DNA from: an uncultured Chloroflexia bacterium
GTDB taxonomy: Bacteria > Chloroflexota > Anaerolineae > Anaerolineales > Villigracilaceae
NCBI GenBank assembly: GCA_963741325.1
Contig: CAVUHJ010000002.1
Location: forward strand, 59,373-123,372
Direction: 5' to 3'
Length of the DNA: 64,000 nucleotides
A model generated the notes under the pieces. It made no database searches. It worked only from the letters and a program-made list of their open reading frames with translations, and was not told the DNA's origin. Made by a program: the position numbers and the translations under genes. The stretch's first letter is position 1. Every line of letters begins with the position of its first letter. This document shows, piece by piece, positions 10,879-21,181 of this stretch.

Positions 10879-11910
10879 TTAGCGTGCCTTGAGCGGCGCG
10901 CGGTGACCTTCGGCGTTCTGATACAGCCAGCAGCGGACAAGATGCTCGGGTTTGGCTTCGATCAGGTCGGGCTGGATCTCGGTGCAGATCTTCAAACCAT
11001 ATTTGACCCGCGCCGCACAGCGCGACGCAAAACGACAGCCGGCCGGCGGATCGATCAGGTTGGGGACCGAGCCGGGGATCACATCCAGCCGTTCTTTGAT
11101 CTTTCCCAGGATGGGGATCGAACCGATCAGGCCTTGTGTATATGGATGCAGCGGATGATCAAAAAGCTCGGTTGATTCAGCTTGCTCCACGATTTCCCCT
11201 GCATACATCACCGCCACACGCTCGGCAGTTTCGGCGATCACTCCCAGGTCGTGTGTAATCAGGATGACCGAGGTGCCCATCTTCTCGCGCATCTCCAGCA
11301 CCAGGTCGAGGATTTGCGCCTGGATGGTCACATCCAGGGCGGTCGTGGGTTCATCGGCGATCAACAATTCGGGGACGCAGGCCAGCGCCATGGCGATCAT
11401 CACACGCTGGGCCATGCCGCCCGAAAGTTCATGAGGGAAGGCCTGCGCCCGTCGTTCTGCATCGGGGATGCCCACCATCTTAAGCAGGTCCACGGCGCGT
11501 TTCTGGCCGGCTTCCTTGCCGAAATCCTGGTGGATGCTTAACACCTCGGCAATTTGATCTCCCACTCGGAAAACCGGGTTGAGCGCGGTCTGGGGCTGCT
11601 GGAAGATCATGGAGATGCGGTTGCCGCGCACTTTCATCATCTCGGTCTCGGACAATTTGAGCAGGTCCACGCCGTCCAGCAAAACTTCGCCTTCCAGCAC
11701 CTTGCCGGGCTTGGATACCAGCCGCATGATGGAAAGGGAAGCCACACTTTTACCGCACCCCGATTCACCCACCAACCCAAGGATCTCACCGGGATAGACG
11801 ACGAAATCCACGCCATCCACGGCATGGACCACCCCATCTTCAGTGAAGAAGTGTGTCTTGAGGTTTTTCACTTCCAGTAAGGGTTTCTTATCGGTCTTCG
11901 CCACAGCCAA
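10879..11910 (-). CDS. Oligopeptide/dipeptide ABC transporter ATP-binding protein (OppD/DppD type)
   Basis: Intact 343 aa; [18 protein letters not shown]-terminal [11 protein letters not shown]. Confidence 0.85.
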   Translation of the reverse strand: MAVAKTDKKPLLEVKNLKTHFFTEDGVVHAVDGVDFVVYPGEILGLVGESGCGKSVASLSIMRLVSKPGKVLEGEVLLDGVDLLKLSETEMMKVRGNRISMIFQQPQTALNPVFRVGDQIAEVLSIHQDFGKEAGQKRAVDLLKMVGIPDAERRAQAFPHELSGGMAQRVMIAMALACVPELLIADEPTTALDVTIQAQILDLVLEMREKMGTSVILITHDLGVIAETAERVAVMYAGEIVEQAESTELFDHPLHPYTQGLIGSIPILGKIKERLDVIPGSVPNLIDPPAGCRFASRCAARVKYGLKICTEIQPDLIEAKPEHLVRCWLYQNAEGHRAPLKAR

Positions 11911-12062
11911 CTCCTCGGTTCTGGATTGGCCTGATTATACTGCCACTTGTCAGGATGCTAATCCTCTATTTTGGATTAATTTTGTATCTATTCCCGGAAA
12001 GACCGACTACGCCGAAACGACACGAATTGCAACGCTTATGCTTGCAGGTTCCCATCGAAAGG

Positions 12063-12145
12063 GAGAGCAAGGCGTATATAATAGGAACGGGGAGACCTAC
12101 GATCATATTTCTGTGGGGACAGCCCGCCTGCGCTGTGCGAACGCC
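12063..12145 (+). promoter_or_regulatory. Conserved promoter/leader module (copy 1 of 2)
   Basis: GAGAGCAAGGCGTATATAATA..GGGGAGAC-N18-GGGGACAG; about 70% identical to 18509-18588; sits upstream of the 12182 gene. Confidence 0.4.
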
Positions 12146-12181
12146 AAGCGGGACTTTTTGTACAAAGATCAGGATGTATTC

Positions 12182-12826
12182 ATGACAAACAATGATCAAG
12201 GCAATAAAGACATCAAGTCAAAAAGACCGGCATGGAGGTTTTATATCCTGTGGGTATTGGCCAACGGAATAGGACCGATCATCGGTGTGTTCGTATTCTT
12301 TTTCCTTGCGGCTTCTTTGGGATTGCTCGGCTCACGGTTACCCGGACAACAAACAAATTTAGACTCTGGCTGGAAAATGATCACTGAGTACTCCCTGGCA
12401 TCTCACTGCTTTTCGGCGGCAATCATCGGAGCCATGCAATGGCTTGTGCTCCGCAAGCACATCACGAATTCAAGGTTTTGGTTTGCCACAAGTGCGATAG
12501 CCATGGTTACTGGCATTGCCGCCAGCAGTGTGATGTCAATGTTCTTCCCATTGCATCAAATGTCAAGCCTGTTGATATCCTGGTTCCTCTTTGGCAGCGT
12601 AAGCGGTGTTTTGCAGTGGGTCATGCTGCGGAAGCAGCTGCATTACTCGGGCTTATGGATATTCGTAAATGTTATCGCAGGGGGGATCGCTGGTGTTTTC
12701 TTGCCGGATTTAGGAATTACCGGAGGAAGTATTGGCTGGGCCCTGACCGGGATATTTACCGCGGGAATACTGTTCTTATTATTCCAAAGGACGAAGAGGG
12801 GCTCCGTCTCTCAAAGCGCAGCCTAA
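12182..12826 (+). CDS. Hypothetical membrane protein (4-5 TM)
   Basis: ATG at 12182 preceded by AGGA; the upstream part of ORF 11843-12826 overlaps oppD antisense and looks non-coding. Confidence 0.45.
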   Translation: MTNNDQGNKDIKSKRPAWRFYILWVLANGIGPIIGVFVFFFLAASLGLLGSRLPGQQTNLDSGWKMITEYSLASHCFSAAIIGAMQWLVLRKHITNSRFWFATSAIAMVTGIAASSVMSMFFPLHQMSSLLISWFLFGSVSGVLQWVMLRKQLHYSGLWIFVNVIAGGIAGVFLPDLGITGGSIGWALTGIFTAGILFLLFQRTKRGSVSQSAA

Positions 12827-12942
12827 GGATTTTTCTCCGGCCAAGCCAAAGCCGGTTCTAAGGATAGAAAGGATTCTCAGCATGGAAACTTCCAGTGCAT
12901 CTGGTCAATCAACTGCTGCTCCCAAGAGGCCTGCGAGAGGTG

Positions 12943-13769
12943 ATGCGGCAGCATCCCTTGTTCTTCTTCTTTCTCATGGCGTACGCGTTCTCCTGGATCA
13001 TATTGATCCCCTTCATACTCCAGGAATGGGGCATGCTGCCCAAGGTTTTCACATTCGCCTTCGTGCTCAACCCGTTCGTGGGACCGGCCCTGGCTGCCAT
13101 TATCATGACAGGCATCACCGAAGGCAAAGCAGGCGTGCTGAGCTTGCTGCGCCGCTGCCTTACAGTGGCGCGCCGGCTGGCAGTGGTATCTGTTCATCCT
13201 GCTTGGCATTCCGGCGCTGTTCCTGCTGGGGATCAGTGTGCTGCCGGGAGCGCTGGCAAGTTTTCAAGGTCTTCCGCGTGCCTTCCTGATAGTTTATCTG
13301 GTGAACTTTGTGATCATCTTCTTTTTGGGCGGGCCGCTGGGCGAGGAGATCGGCTGGCGCGGCTTTGCGCTGCCCCGCATGCAACTACGCTATGGCCCGC
13401 TGTGGGGAACCCTGCTCTTGGGCGTCTTGTGGGTCTTCTGGCATCTGCCGCATTTCCTGACGTCGGCTCAACGAGGAGGACCGGGCACCAGCTTCGCCAC
13501 CTTCCTCACAAACTTCCCCATATTCTTTCTGATGGTTATCGCCATGGCCATCATCTTTACGTGGGTCTTCAATCACACCCGGGGGAGCCTGTTCATGGCC
13601 ATCCTGCTGCATGCCAGCATTAATACATTCAGTATCGTGGTCCCGCTCTTCGCTGCCCCCATTGTGACCAGCACCGACCTGCCTATCCTCATCGGTGTTG
13701 CAGCGGCCGCGCTTGCTGATCATCATCCTGACACGCGGTCGGCTGGGCTACCCGGCAAGCCACGAATAG
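12943..13769 (+). CDS. CPBP-family intramembrane glutamic endopeptidase (CAAX protease-like); frame broken near 13165 and 13710
   Basis: Motifs EEIGWRGF, FWHLPHF and HASIN; a natural-looking C-terminus ..LLIIILTRGRLGYPASHE* is recovered in another frame. Confidence 0.75.
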
Positions 13770-13877
13770 CCACTGAGGGCGGTTCGATGCCTACCGTCCC
13801 CTCGATCGATGTGATTTCACCGTGCACATCCTGGCGGGGACACCCGGGACTGCTGCGCGAAGTGCTGGGCCAGCGCT

Positions 13878-13917
13878 ATTTTTGGAGCTGTACAACGAAA
13901 GTGCACAGCTCCAAAAA
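13878..13917. terminator. Bidirectional terminator between convergent genes
   Basis: TTTT-TTGGAGCTGT-13 nt-ACAGCTCCAA-AAA. Confidence 0.6.
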
Positions 13918-13960
13918 CAGTTTCATCTGTTGACGGATAGGCTCCCGGTCGTTGGATCCC

Positions 13961-14353
13961 CTACTTTTCGTGTTCGTGTTTCTCGGCCGCGTCCGCCTCC
14001 GCCTTATTCTTGTGGAGCGTGCCGTCCGGATGGTTTGGGGGTGAATAGACGGTATACAGCCTTAGCTTCTTGGTCTTCGAGGTATTGATCACATTGTGGT
14101 AGGTGCCGGCCGGAATGATCACTGCGTCATTCTCACGGGCGAGGTGTTCTTCCGAATTGTTGAGAATGAACTTTGCCTTCCCCTCTTCTATGCGGAAGAA
14201 TTGATCGACCTTCTCATGCACCTCGTTACCGATCTCCTCTCCCGGCTTAAGGCACATGACCACCAACTGGCAGTATTTTCCCGTATATAGCACCTTCCGG
14301 AAATTTTTATTCTTCAACGTCTGTTTTTCGATCGGACCAAAAAAGCCTGTCAT
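13961..14353 (-). CDS. Cupin-domain protein
   Basis: Intact 130 aa; ..LKPGEEIGNEVHEKVDQFFRIEEG..IPAGTYHNV.. Confidence 0.65.
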   Translation of the reverse strand: MTGFFGPIEKQTLKNKNFRKVLYTGKYCQLVVMCLKPGEEIGNEVHEKVDQFFRIEEGKAKFILNNSEEHLARENDAVIIPAGTYHNVINTSKTKKLRLYTVYSPPNHPDGTLHKNKAEADAAEKHEHEK

Positions 14354-14729
14354 GGGCGCCTCCCGAGTGTATCAATTTGTATCTTTATCGATATAGGACC
14401 ATTATACGGCGCGCCCAATCTGTTTGCTATCCTCAAAAGCAATGAATCTTTCCGGAATGATCCGTTTTTTTGATGGCGCGTGATCTTCGCGAAGAACCTA
14501 CAGCGCCAACTTGCGCGGTTGTGCGATCACCAGGTGCTTTTACTGCTTCAAACAGGCCCGGATAGCCTCCACCTGAATAGATTTGGGAATGGGAAAGGGG
14601 GTCATCTGCCCCCCCTTAATTGGGGTCACCCGCCCCTGCATGCTCCGAGGGGAAAAGCATATACTGAAACTGTAAGAAGATAAATCAGACCTAATATTCT
14701 TAATATCAGACATCCAAAGGAGATTGAAA

Positions 14730-15323
14730 ATGGTTAACGTAGTAACAACCCGCAAGGGGGCCGTAGTCCAGGAGCCCTCCGTCGTAAGCATGTTTTTGAA
14801 CCATCCGCTCGCTGCATGGCTGTGGCTGCCCGTCCGCGTCTGGCTGGGCTGGCAGTGGCTGGTCGCCGGTTGGGAAAAGGTAACCAACCCGGCCTGGATG
14901 CAAAGTGGTGTTGCCCTGAAGGGCTTCCTGGCGGGCGCCGCCAGCGCGGTCAGTGCCAGCGGCAAGCCGGTGATCCACTACACCTGGTACAGCGACTTCC
15001 TTAAACTGCTCGTCTCCAGCGGATCGTATGTCTGGATGGGCAAGCTGGTCAGCGTCGGCGAAACCCTGGTCGGCATTGCGCTGATCCTGGGCGTGTTCAC
15101 CGGTTTTGCGGCCTTCTTCGGCGGCTTTATGAACTTCAATTATCTGATGGCCGGCGCGGTGAGTGTCAACCCCATGTTCCTGGTCCTGTCAGTCACCCTG
15201 CTCCTGGCCTGGAAGATCTCCGGCTACATCGGCCTGGATTACTTCCTGGTGCCTCGCGTCGGTGCGCTGTGGAGCGACCGGAGAGCCAACAAGGCCATGC
15301 GCGAAGGTATTGCCCAGGTCTAG
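14730..15323 (+). CDS. DoxX-family membrane protein
   Basis: AAAGGAG 7 nt before the ATG at 14730; 4 TM, DoxX/DoxD-like sequence. Confidence 0.65.
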   Translation: MVNVVTTRKGAVVQEPSVVSMFLNHPLAAWLWLPVRVWLGWQWLVAGWEKVTNPAWMQSGVALKGFLAGAASAVSASGKPVIHYTWYSDFLKLLVSSGSYVWMGKLVSVGETLVGIALILGVFTGFAAFFGGFMNFNYLMAGAVSVNPMFLVLSVTLLLAWKISGYIGLDYFLVPRVGALWSDRRANKAMREGIAQV

Positions 15324-15408
15324 GCTCGCTACACTCTCTCTCGATCACCAAAGGGACGCTGACAATCAGCGTCCCTTTTCGTATCTACTTAACATCAGTC
15401 AGCAAAAC

Positions 15409-15528
15409 GATTATGGTGTTTAGTCACAGAAACCCCTACCCCGGCTGATTCGCGATCCTCCAAAGAAGAAGAGGATATCTGAAATTTGGGATGTGAACGG
15501 GAAAGCGCCGTTCACATCCCAAATTTCA
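15409..15528. repeat. Dispersed about 110-120 bp intergenic repeat with a terminal 20-bp hairpin (copy A)
   Basis: GATTATGGTGTTTAGTCACAGAAACCCCTACCCC..GAAATTTGGGATGTGAACGG-gaaagcg-CCGTTCACATCCCAAATTTC; the inverted homologue is at 55096-55203. Confidence 0.8.
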
Positions 15529-15562
15529 GGGGATCATTATACAAGGAGAGGGCGAAAGTCTA

Positions 15563-16225
15563 TTATTCGTGTTTCATGCGCTCAGCCAGATTGTGTTTGA
15601 TGGCATAAGTCGCAAGTTCGATGCGGTTAGCCAACCCCAGCTTTTCCAGGATCGAGCTGACATAATTCCGGGCGGTCTTTTCGCTTAGGTTCAGGCTCGC
15701 CGCGATCTCTGCGTTGGTCTTGCCCTGACTGACCTCGTAGAGGACTTCAAGCTCCCGCTCGCTCAGGGCGCGGAATGCATCTTCATCGGCCTTGTGTTCG
15801 GTTTCGCGCACGCGGGCGAGCAGGCGGGTGGTTGTGGCGGCGTCCAGCACCGATCCGCCGCCTGCGGCCGCGCGGATCCCGCGCAGAACCTCCTCGTTCC
15901 CCACCTCTTTCAGGATATACCCTACGGCCCCCGCCCGGATCGCGCCGATGACCAGTTCTTCATCGGCAAAGGAGGTCAGCATGACCACTTTGGTATCCGG
16001 ATATCGGGCCGCGATCTGGCGGGCAGCTTCCAGCCCGCTGTCTCCTGGTAAGCGGATATCCATCAGCACCACCTGCGGGTGGGTGCCCTCCACCATTCGA
16101 AGCGCGGCGGCGGTCGAGTCGCCCTCCCCGACGACCTCCATATCAGCCTGATCGTCGATCAGGGTCTTCAAGCCCAGGCGCACCAGGGCATGATCGTCCA
16201 CCAGCCCAACCCGTATCTTTGTCAT
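15563..16225 (-). CDS. NarL/FixJ-family response regulator (REC + LuxR HTH)
   Basis: Intact 220 aa; ..VGLVDDHALVR..VVLMDIRLPG.. and ..LSERELEVLYEVSQGKTNAEIA.. Confidence 0.85.
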   Translation of the reverse strand: MTKIRVGLVDDHALVRLGLKTLIDDQADMEVVGEGDSTAAALRMVEGTHPQVVLMDIRLPGDSGLEAARQIAARYPDTKVVMLTSFADEELVIGAIRAGAVGYILKEVGNEEVLRGIRAAAGGGSVLDAATTTRLLARVRETEHKADEDAFRALSERELEVLYEVSQGKTNAEIAASLNLSEKTARNYVSSILEKLGLANRIELATYAIKHNLAERMKHE

Positions 16226-17628
16226 TTGCCCGCCTCCCAGGGGATGTCGAGGATAACCGAGGTGCCCTTTTCCATCGGACGGACTTGAAGCCTGCCGTGC
16301 AGCAGGGCGGCGCGGTCGCGCATGTTATGCAGCCCATGCCCTTCCACAACCTGCTGCGGGAGGCCCGCGCCATCATCCTGGATGGCAAGCATCAGGCGGC
16401 GGTCCACCTGACGAGCTTGGATGCGGATATGCCGGGCCCGGGCGTGGCGAACGCTGTTCGCCAGGGCCTCCTGGACGATGGCCAGGATATGCGCGCTCCG
16501 TTCGGGAGAATATTCCTGCGAGGAGGGCAGATCAAGATCGAGGTCGATCTTCACCAGCGAGCCGAAACGCGGATCGGCCGCCAGGTCTCTCAAGGCTTGT
16601 TCCAGAGGTACTGCGCCGGGTTTGGAAGTGTACAGCTCTCCCAGGTTCTGTCGCAGGTCAACGATCGCATCGTCCAGCACACCCACCGCGGTCGCCAGGC
16701 GGCCCTCCAGGGGAGATTCCGCCGCGGCCAAATTTTGAGCCGACCGGACCAGCAGGCCGGCCGTATATACTTTTTGGATCGCGCCATCATGCAGCTCACG
16801 ACCGATCCGTTCGCGTTCATTCGCCAGGATCTGCTGCTCTTCGATCGCCTCGATCTGGCGCGCCGTTTCCACATCGAAGATCTCCAGCGCCCGGATGGTG
16901 AATATCGCGATCACCAACCCGATCAGGGATCGGACGATGGGAGGCGTGATGATAAACACCCGGCTGAAGGTATCTGCGTTCAGCCAGTTCCCCGGAAAGA
17001 AGCTTACCGGAGGGACGAGCAGGCCGGTCGCCACGGCGTATACCGCCAGGCTGATGCCCGCCATCCGCAGGGATCGGACGATGTGCGGCACATTCATGGG
17101 CAGGATGCGTTGATAGATGTGCTTGCGCAAAGCATAAGCCGACAACAATCCGCCCGGAAGGCCAATGAAGTAGCGCGCCAGGGCATTCGTTGTGTTATGC
17201 CAAGCCTGAAAATCCTTGATACCGCTGCGCAGCGGGAAGAAAGTTACGAAAAACCAGGTTGCCAGCAAGCCCGCCGCGGTAATGTGCAGCCACTCCGGGT
17301 GCTCCAGCGGTTCGAGTAATGCAACCCCAAACTCAAAAAGGCACGCAAAGGAAATCCCCAACAGCAATAGATGAAGGTAATGCAAGGCCGTAATGAAATC
17401 AGGGCTGAGATACTCGGCCTGCAGTGGGATAAACAGATCTCCCCATTCCACAAACGCATGGACGAAACCAAAAGCAGCCAGCCAGGTGAGGCTGCGCGCC
17501 AGGTCGAGGTGCGAGGAATGGCGCGATTGCAGCGCGATCGCAAGGCCAAGCACAAAAAACGCCAGTCCATAAACGAACTGGACGATGATCGTGTTGACCG
17601 AGATCAGGTTTCGAATGAATTCGACCAC
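16222..17628 (-). CDS. Membrane sensor histidine kinase (HisKA_3 / NarX-DegS type)
   Basis: Intact 468 aa; multi-TM N-terminus, H-box ERERIGRELHDGAIQ, HATPase C-terminus; 4-nt overlap with the regulator gene. Confidence 0.8.
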   Translation of the reverse strand: MVEFIRNLISVNTIIVQFVYGLAFFVLGLAIALQSRHSSHLDLARSLTWLAAFGFVHAFVEWGDLFIPLQAEYLSPDFITALHYLHLLLLGISFACLFEFGVALLEPLEHPEWLHITAAGLLATWFFVTFFPLRSGIKDFQAWHNTTNALARYFIGLPGGLLSAYALRKHIYQRILPMNVPHIVRSLRMAGISLAVYAVATGLLVPPVSFFPGNWLNADTFSRVFIITPPIVRSLIGLVIAIFTIRALEIFDVETARQIEAIEEQQILANERERIGRELHDGAIQKVYTAGLLVRSAQNLAAAESPLEGRLATAVGVLDDAIVDLRQNLGELYTSKPGAVPLEQALRDLAADPRFGSLVKIDLDLDLPSSQEYSPERSAHILAIVQEALANSVRHARARHIRIQARQVDRRLMLAIQDDGAGLPQQVVEGHGLHNMRDRAALLHGRLQVRPMEKGTSVILDIPWEAGK

Positions 17629-17755
17629 AGACAGGGATTATAAGATAGAAATTATGGCATAGCGGACGACTGAAGTAAAAGGCTGTTGCCTGGTGGCGAT
17701 AGAAATGCTCAAGAAAAAGAATAAAATTCATCCCTATGGTGGCTTCGATAATTCA

Positions 17756-18352
17756 CTATTGGACGATCAGGGTAATCTTGAACAGCAGCGAAGGCGCCAT
17801 ACAGGGCGGGACTGAATTCCGGCAGAATGGATTCCCAACCGCGGTCAGTACGGCTTCTCCCAGACCGTCTGCTTCGTAGATCCCCTGGGCTCCGCGGATC
17901 ACCATCACATTTTTTACCCTGCTTAGCACGGCTTGATTATCAATATCTACCGTCCAGTCAAATATATCTGTACCAAGGTTGAGCAGGAAACTCTCGCCGG
18001 GATGAAGGTAGATAGTCTTACCATTATCTTCCCGAGTAATATCATTGGTTGAGGCGGCGCCTTGAGTTGACCCGTCCTCCGTAGCCGAAATGGTGGGCGG
18101 TAAGAGAATCGCCGGACAGTTGCATATCACGGGAGTACCACCGGCTATTCCTCCCTGAGCTGGCACCGGTGGAAAGACGCCGCTGGGACAGGGACATACA
18201 ACCGAGGAAGTGCCGGTCGCAGTCACTATAGAAACAGGCGTATCACTTATAACAGTAACGGCGGTGGGCGTCTGAGTACCTTGAGATATGACCTGTCCGG
18301 GCGCACAGGCAGTCAAGGTTAAGAGAAACAGTAAGATCAGTGGGGATTTCAT
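17756..18352 (-). CDS. Lipoprotein, function unknown
   Basis: MKSPLILLFLLTLTAC lipobox at internal ATG 18352; Thr/Pro-rich linker then a beta-rich domain. Confidence 0.5.
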   Translation of the reverse strand: MKSPLILLFLLTLTACAPGQVISQGTQTPTAVTVISDTPVSIVTATGTSSVVCPCPSGVFPPVPAQGGIAGGTPVICNCPAILLPPTISATEDGSTQGAASTNDITREDNGKTIYLHPGESFLLNLGTDIFDWTVDIDNQAVLSRVKNVMVIRGAQGIYEADGLGEAVLTAVGNPFCRNSVPPCMAPSLLFKITLIVQ

Positions 18353-18508
18353 CTCTTGGCTCCTTTCGAGGATATTTATAAAGACGTCTTCCTGCCGATT
18401 AGGTTCCAATTGGTGATGGCGTGTGTCTCCGACCAGCGTCCTTGTGCGACCGCCGGTCTCAACTGCCAAAGTCGGAGGCAGTTGGTCCGGCAATAACCCG
18501 TATTCTAA

Positions 18509-18588
18509 GAGAGCAAAGCGTATATAATAACCACAGGGAGACTTAAGGTCACATCTCGGCGGAGACAGAGCGGGAGGTCTGCAAAACC
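18509..18588 (+). promoter_or_regulatory. Conserved promoter/leader module (copy 2 of 2)
   Basis: GAGAGCAAAGCGTATATAATA..AGGGAGAC-N18-GGAGACAG directly upstream of the 18593 ATG. Confidence 0.4.
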
Positions 18589-18592
18589 AAAT

Positions 18593-19636
18593 ATGAAAGC
18601 CACAATACCCTCCTTGTGTAAAAAAATAATATTCCTTCTCATGACCGTCTTGCTCGCATCCTGTATTTCAATTGATTCGAGTCCGCAAGTTACCCCTCAA
18701 CCAGATTTTGTGACCGCAACGTTAGCGCCCACAAACGCGGGGTTTACACCGGCAACATCCCTCCCAGGCCCTGAAGCTACCTCTGAAACGCCTGTCGCCT
18801 CCGCACTTACAGCAGCGCCGTCTTCAGATTGCAAAGACGGCGCTGTGCTTTTGCGTGATGTGACCATCCAGGATGATACGCAGGTAAAAGCGGGCGAGAA
18901 ATTTATTAAGACATGGGAATTCCAAAACACAGGCACCTGCGCCTGGGTCAACTACACTGTGAAATTTTCAGAGGGCGATAAAATAAACGCGCCCCTCTCT
19001 GCTCCGATGCCTGCGGCTGTTCCGAATGAGAAAGTGCAAGTCTCCATGGAGTTGACCGCCCCGGCAGCCGATGGAAGGTACGCAGGTTATTTCACATTGC
19101 TCAATTCAAAGGGCGAAATCATTCCGATCGGCGCGGAAAAAACATTCTGGGTGAAATTCACTGTAGGCGCTTATGCAATTGTCCCTCCTGCCACGGGGGC
19201 CAAGCCGGCCCAACCAGGAAATGGAGGCGGCGCCAACTGCAACCACAGCCAGAATGCGGGTTATGTGAGCCAGATCCTATCCTTAATTAACGCGGCACGG
19301 GCAAACGCCGGTTTGCAAGCCTTGACCGTCGACGGAGAGATTGCGGCCTTTGCGCAATACCATGCCGAAGATATGGCTTTCAACAACTTTCTGAGCCATG
19401 ATGGTTCAGACGGGTCATTTAGCGACAGAATGATGCACTACGACACGACGCACTCCGGGGACGGAATATATGGCGAGATCCTTGCCATTGGCACACCGCA
19501 AAATGCAATGGACCAATGGCGGAGGGATGAGCATTGGAATTTTGTTCTCAGCAGCAATACCCTGGTCGGGGCCGGATATGCCTATAGTTCATGCAGTGAT
19601 TTTGGCGGATATTTTACGGTGGATTTTGGCGGGTAA
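18593..19636 (+). CDS. Lipoprotein with an NBR1-FW-like domain and a CAP/SCP (YkwD-like) domain
   Basis: LLASC lipobox; ..FIKTWEFQNTGTCAW..GRYAGYF.. ; C-terminal ..LINAARANAGLQAL..HAEDM..HDGSDGS.. Confidence 0.6.
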   Translation: MKATIPSLCKKIIFLLMTVLLASCISIDSSPQVTPQPDFVTATLAPTNAGFTPATSLPGPEATSETPVASALTAAPSSDCKDGAVLLRDVTIQDDTQVKAGEKFIKTWEFQNTGTCAWVNYTVKFSEGDKINAPLSAPMPAAVPNEKVQVSMELTAPAADGRYAGYFTLLNSKGEIIPIGAEKTFWVKFTVGAYAIVPPATGAKPAQPGNGGGANCNHSQNAGYVSQILSLINAARANAGLQALTVDGEIAAFAQYHAEDMAFNNFLSHDGSDGSFSDRMMHYDTTHSGDGIYGEILAIGTPQNAMDQWRRDEHWNFVLSSNTLVGAGYAYSSCSDFGGYFTVDFGG

Positions 19637-19663
19637 GGGGATACTCGCACAGTTTGATAAGAT

Positions 19664-20002
19664 GTGCAGATGATCGGATTATTGTACAAACTAAAAAGAA
19701 TCCCAGGGCGTTTAGTGCTCCCCTTTTGGCTTGTCGCTTCGATGCTCTTGCTAAACGCATGCGCACGCTTCGGCTCACCATCCGCAGATGATTGGATTTC
19801 TCTCGGAGCCCCACCCTCCGGAGCAGCGCGCGTTGCCGCTGTAGTCGGAAACACCATTTGGGTGGAATTGAAAGACGGCGCACTCTTCAATACAACTGTC
19901 GTGTCCAATTGTGAACCTGGAACCGCTCTGTTGGCCTTGGAGGCCCATGACAGAGGCGCCCGACGAGTCAAAGTCGGCGGTTCCGCCGCTCCGAAGTTCT
20001 GA
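19664..20002 (+). CDS. N-terminal part of a lipoprotein gene, probably continuing to the IS junction in another frame
   Basis: ..LLLNAC lipobox; an open frame (..DCSALDTHSPAVNPPGSIIE) runs to 20060, and a matching-style C-terminal frame resumes at 20945-21073. Confidence 0.35.
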   Translation: MQMIGLLYKLKRIPGRLVLPFWLVASMLLLNACARFGSPSADDWISLGAPPSGAARVAAVVGNTIWVELKDGALFNTTVVSNCEPGTALLALEAHDRGARRVKVGGSAAPKF

Positions 20003-20060
20003 TTGCAGCGCATTGGATACACACAGTCCGGCCGTCAATCCGCCCGGCAGCATCATTGAA

Positions 20061-20943
20061 TAGACCTCTTGCAAAAGTAGGCTAGCGTCAGGAAGTGAGT
20101 TCTCTGTTGTAGATCGCCGCGATCAGGTTGAAGCGTAGTGCAAAGCGTTTGCGGCGATTGCGATAGCGCTCACTCAAAATGCGGAAGATTTTCAGTCGAC
20201 GAATGATATTTTCGATCAGAATGCGCTTTTGTGACAACACTCGATTACTGGCTTTCTGTTCCTGACTCAACGGATGCAGTTTGCTTTTCTTGGCAGGTGT
20301 CCGGCTATTGGAATGTAGTTCGGCCAATCCTTGGTACCCGGCATCGGCCAATAGACAGGTCTGTTGGGAGAAGACGCAACGACTGTTCTTGAATAACTGA
20401 AAATCATGGGTGTTGCCGTTCCCAAAGTCCGTAGCCAGGATAACTTCTGTGTTCCAGTCTGCGATTAACTGTGCTTTCTGGGTATGACGCTTCTTTTTGC
20501 CGCTGTAATGCCTGCCTTGTCTTTTTTTGGACGCTCAATCGGCTGTTCGGTGACGTCGACCAACACAATTTCAATCACGGTGTCGCTCGGTGCAAGTGCT
20601 TTTTTGCCCGGTAGGTGAAATTGCTTGGACTGCATGAGCACCTCTTCCACTTTCTTGATTGTGCGACAGACGGTCGCTTCACTGACACCATAGGTCAACC
20701 CAATATGAAATTCAGTACGATATTCGCGCCAGTACATCAAGGTCATCAACAACTGATCGGCTCGACTTAATTTCGGCGGCCTCCCAAAGTCACGCAGCCC
20801 CGCTTCCACCACTTCCAGCATTTTCTCAAAGGTGCAGCGCTGGACCCCCGTGGACCTTTTGAAATCCTCTTCTTTCAGACCTTGTACGCTTTCGTATCGC
20901 ATGCGCCTATTATGGCACATCTATCACTTATGCAAGAGGTCTA
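20061..20943 (-). mobile_element. IS5-superfamily insertion sequence (883 bp)
   Basis: Terminal inverted repeats TAGACCTCTTGCAAAAGT / TAGACCTCTTGCATAAGT; TA at both junctions; encodes an HTH plus DDE transposase. Confidence 0.8.
20088..20920 (-). CDS. Transposase in two overlapping frames joined at a CCAAAAAAAG slippery run (about 20522)
   Basis: orfA ..ERPKK then the -1 frame ..KRQGRHYSGKKKRHTQKAQLIADW..LLADAGYQGL..ERYRNRRKRF; the second frame opens 2 codons before the A7G run. Confidence 0.75.
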
Positions 20944-21181
20944 ATGTGTTTACGTGACCACGCCTGCCGGCGAGACGTATTGGTACTCGTATTTCGCACT
21001 CATGTCCGATGGATCGGTAATGTTCCTCGAGGACAACCGCTTCGGCATACCATGGATATTCACCGGCCCTTAATCATCAGTTTGAACGCATCCAGCGTCT
21101 ACAACCCGCGATACTGGTCCAGATAATTAGCTTCCAATATATTGCAGTCGGAAAACGCGCTGAAAGCAGTGGTGGGGCCAG

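Noticed and set aside
11843-12181. N-terminal 113 codons of ORF 11843-12826
   Set aside because: It overlaps the oppD start in antisense and covers the conserved promoter/leader module. The hydrophobic protein begins convincingly only at ATG 12182.
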